Source: Cellulomonadaceae bacterium (GTDB lineage Bacteria > Actinomycetota > Actinomycetes > Actinomycetales > Microbacteriaceae). Taken from it: 64,000 bases of DNA. A model generated the notes under the pieces. It saw only the letters and a list, made by a program, of their open reading frames with translations. It made no database searches and was not told the origin of the DNA. The stretch's first letter is position 1. Each line of letters starts with the position of its first letter. This document shows, in pieces, positions 55,314 to 64,000 of the stretch. The stretch is from NCBI GenBank assembly GCA_038118225.1, contig JAYOHK010000004.1, forward strand, positions 4,773-68,772, given 5' to 3'. Both the position numbers and the translations under genes were made by a program.

Positions 55314-57562
55314 GTGAGAGCGAGTCTGCTCACTCCCTCCAACTAGACATTGAGGGGATGACCTGTGCTGCCTGTGCGCAGCGGGTCGAAAAAGGACTCA
55401 ACGAACTTCCTGGCGTGACGGCATCGGTCAACTACGCGACTGACCGCGCCACCGTGTGGGGTGAGGCTCCAAATCTTGAGCAGCTTCTCGCCCAGGTAAA
55501 AAAGACCGGATACTCGGCACAGGTGCATGGGAAAAACAGTGCGCCCCCGCCCGACAAGCTAGCCGCGTTGAAAAAGAGAGTGCTGGTATCAGCACTTTTT
55601 ACCGTCCCTGTTGTGGTGTTGAGCATGGTTCCGCTCACCCAGTTCCCGGGGTGGCAGTGGGTGGTGTTTGCGCTCTCACTTCCGGTCGCTATCTGGGGTG
55701 CGTGGCCGTTTCACCGTGCCGCCTGGGTCAACCTCCTTCATCGCGCCGCAACGATGGACACTCTGGTGTCAATTGGTGTGATTGCCGCAAGTCTCTGGTC
55801 GATTTACGCCTTGCTTTTTGGTGGGGCCGGCGACATCGGCATGACCATGTCGATGCACTTGTTTGCTCCTCCCGACCAGGTGGGAAACGAAATCTATTTC
55901 GAAACGGCCTGTGCGGTGACCACGTTCATTTTGTTGGGCCGCTACTTGGAGACCCGGGCGAAGAAGCAAGCCGGTAAAGCCCTCCAAGACCTTCTCGCCG
56001 CGGGTGTCAATGAGGTCCGGGTAATGCGCACCATCCCTGGCCCGAACGGCGAAATCGAAGTAGAAGCATTGATCCCCATAGACCAACTCACGGTCGGGAT
56101 GACATTTATCGCGAGGCCAGGAGATCGGATTGCCACCGACGGTGTGGTGGTGGAGGGCGAGTCGGCAATTGATCGCTCCCTCGTCACCGGAGAGCCCGTT
56201 CCTGTGGATGTATCAGCGGGGAGTGATGTGGTCGGCGGCACGATCAATACTCACGGCCGGTTGCTCATGCAGGCGACCAGAGTTGGAGCAGACACCGATC
56301 TTGCTCGAATGGCTGCGATTGTGGAGCGGGCCCAAAACGGCAAAGCCAAAGCACAGCGCCTCGCCGATTCGATCTCGTCGGTATTTGTGCCCATTGTCCT
56401 GATCTTGGCGGTGCTTACCCTTGTGGGGTGGGCGGTCTTTGGCCCCACTCTCGAATGGGCGTTTCGTGCTGCGGTGGCCACGCTCATCATCGCCTGCCCG
56501 TGTGCTCTGGGACTTGCGACCCCCACCGCATTGTTGGCGGGAACGGGTCGCGGAGCAGAGCTTGGGATATTGCTCTCTGGGGCAGAAGCCCTCGAAGACT
56601 CCAAGCACGTCGACACCGTCGTGATGGATAAGACCGGAACACTCACCACCGGCAACATGTCCGTCGTAGACACCGTGGTGGCCCCCGGGGTTGATGCCGA
56701 TGAATTGTGGCGAGTACTCGTCGCACTCGAATCAGGCTCCAGTCATCCGATCGCCAAAGCCCTCGTGGCCCACCGTGGTGACGTGTCCAACCTTCCCGAA
56801 CTGACCGACGAAAAGGCCTACTCGGGTGCCGGAGTAAGCGCCGTAATGGGCACGGCGCGAGTTCTGGCCGGGAGGGCGTCGTGGCTTACCCAGCTAGCGG
56901 TTGCTGTGCCTGAAGAGCTGTCTGATTCTTTCAACGAGTCAGGCGAGCACACCGCCGTATGGGTCGCAGTTGATGGGCAACTCTGGGGCGGAGCGTTTCT
57001 GGCTGATCGACCTAAGCCCCAGTCCAAGGCAACCGTTGATGCGCTTCACCACAGGAAACTCGACGTCGTATTGCTCACTGGTGATGCGGAAGGCCCCGCA
57101 CGCGTCGTGGGCAAGGAGCTGGGAATTGACACCGTCATTGCCGGGGTCAGCCCAGAGGGGAAAGTCGCTGCGATTGAAAAACTCCACGCCGAAGGCCACC
57201 GGGTGGCCATGGTCGGCGATGGCATCAACGATGCACCGGCTCTCGCCAGTGCAGATGTGGGTATTGCACTGGGCAGTGGAACCGACCAGGCGATGAGCGC
57301 AGGCGACATCACGATTACTCGTGGCGACATTGAACAGATTCCCATCGCCCTGGATCTGGCCAAGAAGACTCTTGGCACGATCCGCGGAAACCTCTTCTGG
57401 GCGTTTGCGTACAACGTCGTAGCGCTGCCACTTGCGATGGGGGGAGTGTTGAATCCACTTATCGCCGGTGCCGCGATGGCGTTCTCATCGGTCTTCGTGG
57501 TGACTAATTCGCTTCGCCTGCGGGCTTTTCGCTCCACCAATGCTGTTCCATCGACGCCATAA
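55310..57562 (+). CDS. copA: Cu(I)-translocating P1B-type ATPase
   Basis: GMTCAAC, TGE, CPC, DKTGT, HP, GDGINDAP, YN..MAFSS. Confidence 0.95.
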   Translation: MSESESAHSLQLDIEGMTCAACAQRVEKGLNELPGVTASVNYATDRATVWGEAPNLEQLLAQVKKTGYSAQVHGKNSAPPPDKLAALKKRVLVSALFTVPVVVLSMVPLTQFPGWQWVVFALSLPVAIWGAWPFHRAAWVNLLHRAATMDTLVSIGVIAASLWSIYALLFGGAGDIGMTMSMHLFAPPDQVGNEIYFETACAVTTFILLGRYLETRAKKQAGKALQDLLAAGVNEVRVMRTIPGPNGEIEVEALIPIDQLTVGMTFIARPGDRIATDGVVVEGESAIDRSLVTGEPVPVDVSAGSDVVGGTINTHGRLLMQATRVGADTDLARMAAIVERAQNGKAKAQRLADSISSVFVPIVLILAVLTLVGWAVFGPTLEWAFRAAVATLIIACPCALGLATPTALLAGTGRGAELGILLSGAEALEDSKHVDTVVMDKTGTLTTGNMSVVDTVVAPGVDADELWRVLVALESGSSHPIAKALVAHRGDVSNLPELTDEKAYSGAGVSAVMGTARVLAGRASWLTQLAVAVPEELSDSFNESGEHTAVWVAVDGQLWGGAFLADRPKPQSKATVDALHHRKLDVVLLTGDAEGPARVVGKELGIDTVIAGVSPEGKVAAIEKLHAEGHRVAMVGDGINDAPALASADVGIALGSGTDQAMSAGDITITRGDIEQIPIALDLAKKTLGTIRGNLFWAFAYNVVALPLAMGGVLNPLIAGAAMAFSSVFVVTNSLRLRAFRSTNAVPSTP

Positions 57563-58082
57563 ATTCTTCGAAGCTCGGCTCTCCCGCAGAGCGCAGGCGA
57601 TGCCGTTGATAAGCACGCTGTAGTTCTTGTTGTCTTCTGGCCTCAGCCCAGACCCTCACCCGGTCCATCGGGTCGCCATGGAGCCAATCGGATTGGCGGC
57701 GAAGCGTGCGCACTACACCCCAGACGCCAACAACCAAGAACACCAGAGCGATTGCCCCCGGCACAAAGGCTTCCGGGAATCCAAACGCAAAGGGAGACAC
57801 GGCAACGGTGAACAGACCGGCCGCGCCGATGGCAAACCAGCCACCAAGCGCTCTGGTGGGAGGAGGAGCGTGGAAGCGGAAGAAGGTGTACCAGGAGGAG
57901 CCGTTTTCTTCCCAAAATGGCCAGTTCACAGGCGCCACAGGGCACCCCGGATAGGGCTGCCAGCCGGGACCGGGTTCAAAACCTTGATACAGCGATATCC
58001 ATTGGTCATCGGGCACCCTCCAACCATCGGGAGGGTTGAATCGCACTGGCAGTTGGGCCAGGTCGTTCCAATTGGGCTGCAT
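57504..58082 (-). CDS. Hypothetical two-TM protein with Trp/Pro-rich N-terminus
   Basis: FNPPDGW..WQPYPGCPVAPVNWPFW; leaderless-type promoter; 3' overlap with copA. Confidence 0.65.
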   Translation of the reverse strand: MQPNWNDLAQLPVRFNPPDGWRVPDDQWISLYQGFEPGPGWQPYPGCPVAPVNWPFWEENGSSWYTFFRFHAPPPTRALGGWFAIGAAGLFTVAVSPFAFGFPEAFVPGAIALVFLVVGVWGVVRTLRRQSDWLHGDPMDRVRVWAEARRQQELQRAYQRHRLRSAGEPSFEEFMASMEQHWWSEKPAGEAN

Positions 58083-58108
58083 GCAGGAAGCGTACTCGGC
58101 AGAGTGGT

Positions 58109-58777
58109 TTAGGTGCGAGGAGCGTGAAGACCCAACACCGAGCGCAGTTGGCGTGGAGTATCAATTTGGTAGGTCGCCGACGCCCACTCTTCCGGGGTGC
58201 CATAGCCCCAGTGCACGACGGCCGAGGGAATGTCATGTGTTGCCGCACCCTCGATGTCGTGGATGCGATCACCCACCATCACCATCTGTGACGTATCACG
58301 CCCCAAGTCTCTTAGCCCATTGACCGCGTCGTCGATGATCAGGTGCTTGGCCCCCCGCGATTCATCATCGGCGGCTGCGGCGATGACATCGAAATAGGGC
58401 GCCAACGTGAAGTGCTCGATCATCAGCGTCGCGGGAGTGGTTGGCTTCGATGTGGCGATGGCGAGGTGGCGGCCATCGTCTCGCAGGTCCCGCAAGAGCT
58501 CACCTACCCCGTCAAACAACTTCGCGTCATAGGCGCCCACATTGAGGTAGTGCTCGCGATAAACCTCAATCGCTTCAGGAACTTCTGACTCATCTAGGCC
58601 AGCGCGCACTTTGAACGACTCAGGAAGGGGTGGTCCCACCCAGTGCAGAAGCTCCGTCATCGGAGGAGCGTCTTTGCCAAGTTTTTTGAGGGTGTGCGCG
58701 ATGGTTTGGGTGATACCGGGAGCACTGTCTATCAGGGTGCCGTCGAGGTCAAAGAGGATGGTCTCGAATCGGGTCAC
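58109..58777 (-). CDS. HAD hydrolase (phosphoglycolate phosphatase/5'-nucleotidase-like)
   Basis: FDLDGTL, ATSK, VGDRIHD. Confidence 0.92.
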   Translation of the reverse strand: MTRFETILFDLDGTLIDSAPGITQTIAHTLKKLGKDAPPMTELLHWVGPPLPESFKVRAGLDESEVPEAIEVYREHYLNVGAYDAKLFDGVGELLRDLRDDGRHLAIATSKPTTPATLMIEHFTLAPYFDVIAAAADDESRGAKHLIIDDAVNGLRDLGRDTSQMVMVGDRIHDIEGAATHDIPSAVVHWGYGTPEEWASATYQIDTPRQLRSVLGLHAPRT

Positions 58778-58812
58778 TGGCTAAGCCTAGGTTGTCTGGG
58801 GTGTTGGTCTGG

Positions 58813-59508
58813 TTAGAACAGGCGGTTGTGGTCGCCTGCGCCATCACGCAGTTCTTCGTAGTCCAACACGACGCAGTCAATGCCCCGGTCAGTCGCGAGC
58901 GTTCGCGCTTGTGGGCTAATTTCTTGGGCGGCAAACACTGCGCGGACGGGGCGCAGGTGAGGGTCTCGTTGGAGAAGTTCGCGGTAACGGGTCAATTGCT
59001 CCACTCCGTCAATTTCACCCCGACGCTTAATTTCGATGGCGACTGTTCCACCGGCTTCGCTGGTGGCCAACACATCGACTGGTCCAATAGCCGTCATGTA
59101 CTCGCGGCGAACCAACGTGAGCCCCTCGTCGATGCAGCTGAGGTCGTCTGCGACAAGTCGCTGAAGCTCTGCCTCAACACCTTCTTTAATGAGTCCTGGG
59201 TCGTCGCCAAGCTCATGGCTTAAGTCTTCGTGGACCTCATGAATGCTCACTACCAACAAGTCCGCGGTCTTTTGATGGGTGACCTGCCACACCGCGTTGA
59301 CTCCGGCGGAGCGCTGGTCGTCGTCTGGTTCCATCTCTCGCAGTGAACACGGGGGCGACATCCAGTTCAGGGGTTTGTAAGAGCCGCCATCGGAGTGGAT
59401 GAGAAGACTGCCGTCTTGTTTGGCAATGAGCAGACGCTTCGCCAGCGGCAGGTGGGCGTTGAGCCGACCGGAATAGTCGACGCTGCAGGTTGCAATGAGT
59501 ACTCGCAT
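58813..59508 (-). CDS. nucS: Mismatch-repair endonuclease NucS/EndoMS
   Basis: [44 protein letters not shown]; ATG at 59508. Confidence 0.97.
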   Translation of the reverse strand: MRVLIATCSVDYSGRLNAHLPLAKRLLIAKQDGSLLIHSDGGSYKPLNWMSPPCSLREMEPDDDQRSAGVNAVWQVTHQKTADLLVVSIHEVHEDLSHELGDDPGLIKEGVEAELQRLVADDLSCIDEGLTLVRREYMTAIGPVDVLATSEAGGTVAIEIKRRGEIDGVEQLTRYRELLQRDPHLRPVRAVFAAQEISPQARTLATDRGIDCVVLDYEELRDGAGDHNRLF

Positions 59509-59518
59509 AGCGGGTGAG

Positions 59519-60709
59519 TTAAGCCTTTTGTTCTTTGGTGGCAGGAACGGCGAACATGCCCAGCGCAACGAGTGCCGCAACGGACCACAGCGCGTTGAGG
59601 ACGCCGACGTATTCGGCAATCCAACCAATGAGCGGAGGGCCGATGAGGAAAGCGCCGTAGGCGACGGTGGCCACAGCACTGACTCGCGCGGTACTTCCCG
59701 GGCCACCATCTGCCGCAGCAGACATAGCGACGGGGAAGCCAAGAGCAGTGCCGAGTCCCCACAACACGATGGCGATTGCTGCGACTATCGGGTCGTCGCT
59801 CAGAATCACGGCGACTAGTCCAATGAATGCGGAGAGTGAGCTAGCCAGTAGAACGGGCACACGTCCGTAGCGATCAAGAAGCGGAACCCCGACCACGCGA
59901 CCAACCGTCATCGCAGCGACAAACAACACGTACCACAGCGCACCGTGGGCGTTGGTGTATCCGCGGTCGTCGACCATGCCGATGGCAAGCCAGTCACCAG
60001 CTGATCCTTCGGCAAAAGCCATGCTCAGTCCCACGAGACCAATCAGGATCGTTCGTGGGTCCCTCCATACGGAGAGGCGCTCCTGGAGAGTACTTCTCGG
60101 TTCTGCTTCTGCAACTTGGGCTTCACTTGGCTGGTGGTTTAGCAGTGCAATCACGACAAAGACGAAGGCGCCTAAGACGACCGCGGTGACAAGCAAGTGC
60201 CAGCGCACCCCAATGCCGAGCCAACTTGCCAGAGCCGCTGTTCCGCCGCCGGCGACAGTGCCGAGGGAAAACATTGCGTGGTACCAGGGCATGATCGTCC
60301 GGCCGAGACCTCGCTCCACCTCGGCGCCTTCAACGTTCATCGCGACGTCGGTGACGCTCATTCCAGCGCCAAAGAGAATCATGAAGCTCGCGGTGAGAAC
60401 CAACGACCCAGTTGTTTCTCCGACGAAGCCGATGGTGCCAATGGCGACAAAGATGAGTAGGCCAAAGATTCCAATCGATCGTTTAACGCCGAGATAGGCG
60501 ATGACGTGAGAGGCAATCAAGAGACCAGTAATTGCTCCTGCAGCACCGGCAAAAAGAAAGAAGCCAAGTTCTTGGGCGCCCACCTCGAGGAGGTCGCGAA
60601 TGGCGGGGAGTCTGGCGATGAGGTTGGCAAGGCCGAGGCCGGTGAGACCAAAGATTAAGAAGATGCCGTTTCTGCGACGCACGAGTTGGTTACGCACTTC
60701 GTTCAACAC
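59519..60709 (-). CDS. MFS transporter
   Basis: Twelve-TM pattern, DVAMN, LDRYGR; start about 60709 (track 60805 overlaps MATE). Confidence 0.88.
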   Translation of the reverse strand: MLNEVRNQLVRRRNGIFLIFGLTGLGLANLIARLPAIRDLLEVGAQELGFFLFAGAAGAITGLLIASHVIAYLGVKRSIGIFGLLIFVAIGTIGFVGETTGSLVLTASFMILFGAGMSVTDVAMNVEGAEVERGLGRTIMPWYHAMFSLGTVAGGGTAALASWLGIGVRWHLLVTAVVLGAFVFVVIALLNHQPSEAQVAEAEPRSTLQERLSVWRDPRTILIGLVGLSMAFAEGSAGDWLAIGMVDDRGYTNAHGALWYVLFVAAMTVGRVVGVPLLDRYGRVPVLLASSLSAFIGLVAVILSDDPIVAAIAIVLWGLGTALGFPVAMSAAADGGPGSTARVSAVATVAYGAFLIGPPLIGWIAEYVGVLNALWSVAALVALGMFAVPATKEQKA

Positions 60710-62030
60710 CCACCACCATCCATTTATCTGTTCGTGCTCGAAGTCCCAGCGTGATGGCCCTAGCTCCGAGGTAGCCAAAGCCCACGCTTGCTTGAAGGGC
60801 CACAATTCCCGCTACTTCCAGGCTAACTGCCTGAGACAGCCACAGTGTCACCCAGAACAGGGGTAACAACACCGCGACGTTGACCACTCCCGTAATAGCG
60901 AGGTAGCGACCATCGCCTGCGCCCATCAAGACTCCGTCAAGGACGAATACGAATCCGCCCAATGGCATGGCAAGACCCAACACGATCACGGTGGGAATCA
61001 AGTACGCGCGGATTGTGGGATCAGACGTCACCAGAAGCGGCAGCACAGGAGAGGAAGCAATGAGAACCACACCCAATACAGCTCCTGACCACCATCCCCA
61101 GCGGATCAGTTGGGTGACTACCGACCTGGTTTCTTGAGTGTCGCCAGCGCCTAATCGGTGGCCGACCAGGCTTTGGCCGGCAATTGCGAGGGAATCCAGA
61201 GCGAGAGCAATCAGGCTAAACAGCGTGAATGCGACGTGCCAGGTCCCAAGCTCCGTGGTTCCCAGTTGCGTCGCCACGACCGTCGCCCCGACAAATGCCA
61301 CCCGCAGGCTGATGGTTCGAATAAAGAGCCATCCACCAAGCTTCAACGCTCCCAATACGCCCGCTCCACCTGGTCGGAGAGTGACTGATTGGGCGGTGGC
61401 CTGGGTCACCACTACCCCAACCAGCCAGATGGCCATTACCCACTGCGCAATCACGGTTCCAATCGCTGAGCCGACCAGGCCATAGCCGAGACCATAGATA
61501 AAGAGAGCGTTGAGGCCGATGTTGGCGCTAAAACCCACCACCGCGACGATGAACGGAGTTACGGTGTCTTGGAGCCCACGGAGCACACCTGTGGCAGCCA
61601 AGACCAGAAGCATTGCCGGTAGCCCCCACCAGGAAATCGTGAGGTAATCAGTCGCTCCGCCGGAAACGGCAGCGTCGGCACCAAACAGCCCCACAACCAT
61701 GGGCCCTAAGAAGACTCCAAGAGCGGCCATCAGGATGCCGAGGGCGCTCGCGAGGTAGAGGCCATCAACTCCAGCAGCCAATGCTCCAGGGCGATCGCCT
61801 GCACCTAACCGTCTGGCCACGAACGGTGTCGTCGCGTAGGCCAGGAAAATCAGCAGCCCGACCAGTGTTTGCAGGATTGTTCCAGCTAGGCCCAACGAGG
61901 CGAGGGGATGTGCTCCGAGGTGGCCCACCATCGCAGTGTCCGTCAGGAGAAAAAGGGGCTCGGCAATCAGGGCGCCGAGTGCGGGGAGGGCAAGGCGAAG
62001 AATGTCTTTATTGAGGGAAGCTGCCTGCAC
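60690..62030 (-). CDS. MATE (DinF-like) efflux transporter
   Basis: LALPALGALIAEPL..DTAMVGHLG, RGLQDT. Confidence 0.93.
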   Translation of the reverse strand: MQAASLNKDILRLALPALGALIAEPLFLLTDTAMVGHLGAHPLASLGLAGTILQTLVGLLIFLAYATTPFVARRLGAGDRPGALAAGVDGLYLASALGILMAALGVFLGPMVVGLFGADAAVSGGATDYLTISWWGLPAMLLVLAATGVLRGLQDTVTPFIVAVVGFSANIGLNALFIYGLGYGLVGSAIGTVIAQWVMAIWLVGVVVTQATAQSVTLRPGGAGVLGALKLGGWLFIRTISLRVAFVGATVVATQLGTTELGTWHVAFTLFSLIALALDSLAIAGQSLVGHRLGAGDTQETRSVVTQLIRWGWWSGAVLGVVLIASSPVLPLLVTSDPTIRAYLIPTVIVLGLAMPLGGFVFVLDGVLMGAGDGRYLAITGVVNVAVLLPLFWVTLWLSQAVSLEVAGIVALQASVGFGYLGARAITLGLRARTDKWMVVGVERSA

Positions 62031-62081
62031 GGATACACGCTATCTGGAAGTGCCCTCAGGACTCGGCCATAGGCTTGAGGC

Positions 62082-64000
62082 ATGGCGAGCGAGACAATTT
62101 CAGAGGCGAGTGGGTTAGAAATTTCCGGTTTGGATCAGGGGATTTCTCCTGCAGATGACCTCTATCTCCACGTCAACAAGACGTGGCTCGATCACAATTC
62201 CATTCCCGACGACAAGTCGATGTATGGAGCATTTAGCCTCCTCGCTGAAGACGCCGAAAAGCACGTTCACGCCATTGTCGAAGAAGCCATGGATGCGCCT
62301 GAGGGCTCTGAGGGCAAGAAAGTGGGCGACCTCTTTCGCTCTTTCATGGACGAGGATGCCATCGAACAACGCGGCTTAAGCCCGCTTCGTGAACGCCTGG
62401 ACAAGGTTCAGGCTGTTACGTCGGCCGAAGAGCTCATTGAAGTAATGGCTCACTTTGAAGCGTCTGGGGTATCGGGGTTAATGGAGTTGTTTGTCGACAA
62501 CGACCCAGGCCAACCAGACCGGTATGTGGTGTTTGTTGAACAGGGGGGACTCTCGCTCCCGGACGAGTCGTATTACCGAGACGAACAATTCGCGGAGCTA
62601 AAAGACGCGTTTCATACTCATCTTCATAGAGTCGCTGTTCTTGTGGGGATTGATGACTCTGAAGGATTTGCCAGTCGTGTGGTGGACCACGAAACAAAGA
62701 TTGCGGCTACTCATTGGGACCAGGTGAGCTGCCGCGACGCCCAAAAGACTTACAACTTGGTCTCTTTTGAACAGCTAGAAGACTGGGCTCAGGGGTTTCC
62801 TCTTGCTCAGTGGGCCGACACGATTGGTTTCCCGGAGCACGCGCTCGCTGACATCGTCGTACGCCAACCAAGCTTTGTTCAAGCCTGGGGCGAGATGTGG
62901 TCTGGTGACCTGGAATCTTGGAAGTCCTGGTTCCAATGGCACATCATCAAGAGTCTCTCTCCGTATCTCACCGCTGAGATGGTTGATGCGCACTTTGACT
63001 TTTATGGCCGGACCCTCTCTGGCACACCGTCGCTTCGGGCCAGATGGAAGCGAGGAGTTTCCTTTGTCGAGGGCGCAATGGGTGAAGCAGTCGGAAAGCT
63101 TTATGTGGAGCGGCACTTCCCGCCTGAGTCCAAGGTTCAAATGGATGAGCTCGTGGCCAACCTGCTTGAGGCCTACCGCCACAGCATCACCGACCTGTCG
63201 TGGATGTCGGAAGAGACCAAGAAGCGCGCCCTAGAAAAGCTCGACAAGTTCACTCCCAAGATTGGGTACCCCGAGAAGTGGCGCGACTACTCCCTGCTAC
63301 AGGTGAGCCCCGACGATCTCCTTGCCAATGTGGAAGCGTCTGCCCGTTTTGAGCTTCACCGAGAAATGGGAAAGCTTGGCAAGCCAATCGATCGCTACGA
63401 GTGGTTCATGACCCCACAAACGGTCAATGCTTATTACAACCCTGGGTTTAACGAAATTGTTTTCCCGGCAGCCATCTTGCAATACCCGTTCTTCGATCCG
63501 AATCGCGACGCCGCCTCAAACTATGGAGCAATCGGCGCCGTGATCGGCCATGAGATTGGACACGGGTTTGACGATCAGGGTTCACGTTTTGACGGCGATG
63601 GTGCACTGGTTGATTGGTGGAGCGAAGAAGACCGAGCCCGCTTTGAACAACTCACCGGGGAACTGGTGGGCCAGTACGCAGCACTGGAGCCAAAGAACCT
63701 GCCGGGGCTCACAGTGAATGGCGAGCTCACCTTGGGAGAAAACATTGGCGACTTGGGAGGCCTGGCTATCGCCTGGAAGGCCTACTTGATTTCCCTTGAT
63801 GGCGAGCAGCCACCTGTCGTTGATGGATTGAGTGCCGCGCAGCGTTTTTTCGTCTCCTGGGCCCAGTCGTGGCGGCTTGCCATTCGAGACGAGGAGGCGA
63901 AGCGACTCCTTCAAATCGATCCGCACTCGCCCGCGGAGTTCCGCTGCAATCAAATCGTGCGAAACCTCGACTTGTTCTATGACGCATTTGAGGTTGCTGA
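62082..64000 (+). CDS. pepO: M13 (neprilysin/PepO/Zmp1) zinc metallopeptidase, 3'-truncated by window end
   Basis: Not in track (no stop in window). Manual translation gives DDLYLHVN, VNAYYNP, HEIGHGFD, GENIGD, DPHSP. Confidence 0.94.
   Translation, partial: MASETISEASGLEISGLDQGISPADDLYLHVNKTWLDHNSIPDDKSMYGAFSLLAEDAEKHVHAIVEEAMDAPEGSEGKKVGDLFRSFMDEDAIEQRGLSPLRERLDKVQAVTSAEELIEVMAHFEASGVSGLMELFVDNDPGQPDRYVVFVEQGGLSLPDESYYRDEQFAELKDAFHTHLHRVAVLVGIDDSEGFASRVVDHETKIAATHWDQVSCRDAQKTYNLVSFEQLEDWAQGFPLAQWADTIGFPEHALADIVVRQPSFVQAWGEMWSGDLESWKSWFQWHIIKSLSPYLTAEMVDAHFDFYGRTLSGTPSLRARWKRGVSFVEGAMGEAVGKLYVERHFPPESKVQMDELVANLLEAYRHSITDLSWMSEETKKRALEKLDKFTPKIGYPEKWRDYSLLQVSPDDLLANVEASARFELHREMGKLGKPIDRYEWFMTPQTVNAYYNPGFNEIVFPAAILQYPFFDPNRDAASNYGAIGAVIGHEIGHGFDDQGSRFDGDGALVDWWSEEDRARFEQLTGELVGQYAALEPKNLPGLTVNGELTLGENIGDLGGLAIAWKAYLISLDGEQPPVVDGLSAAQRFFVSWAQSWRLAIRDEEAKRLLQIDPHSPAEFRCNQIVRNLDLFYDAFEVA

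Noticed and set aside
62115-63987. Short track ORFs at the window end
   Set aside because: All overlap the open + strand M13 peptidase frame that starts at 62082
1-64000. CRISPR arrays, rRNA genes, IS elements, anti-phage defence systems
   Set aside because: No regularly spaced repeats, rRNA-like tracts, transposases or recognisable defence genes seen

Overview
Origin-proximal 64 kb of a compact, moderately GC-rich actinobacterial chromosome; gene content and order suggest Microbacteriaceae, possibly a streamlined aquatic Pontimonas/Luna-1-like lineage (inference only). The core scaffold is: dnaN(partial)-oriC-dnaA; rpmH-rnpA-yidD-yidC-jag-rsmG-parA-parB with two parS sites; trxAB-murJ; cca; rpsF-ssb-rpsR-rplI-dnaB; purB; a 2-oxoacid dehydrogenase E1/E2 operon; a Zur-boxed znuABC-zur operon followed by zinc-free L28/L33/S14 and HU; the ppiA-rhomboid-crgA-trpG-pknB-pknA-pbpA-rodA-pstP-fhaB-fhaA-tRNA-Leu block; copZA; nucS; MFS and MATE transporters; and a partial M13 peptidase. 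The stand-out accessory element is a ~7.8 kb locus (19872-27654) after dnaB. It encodes a complete CMP-Kdo pathway (kdsB-kdsD-kdsA-kdsC), two compact sialyltransferase-like (GT29-motif) proteins, two larger divergent paralogs with the same motif order, and a polysaccharide pyruvyltransferase. In a monoderm host with no LPS this is a candidate undescribed Kdo-glycan system. Other signals are a second DnaA-box cluster and a PafBC/RecA-NDp-type promoter before dnaB, many leaderless promoters, an orphan WXG-like/lipase pair and a probable origin-centred inversion. All calls come from reading motifs by eye; no database searches were run.
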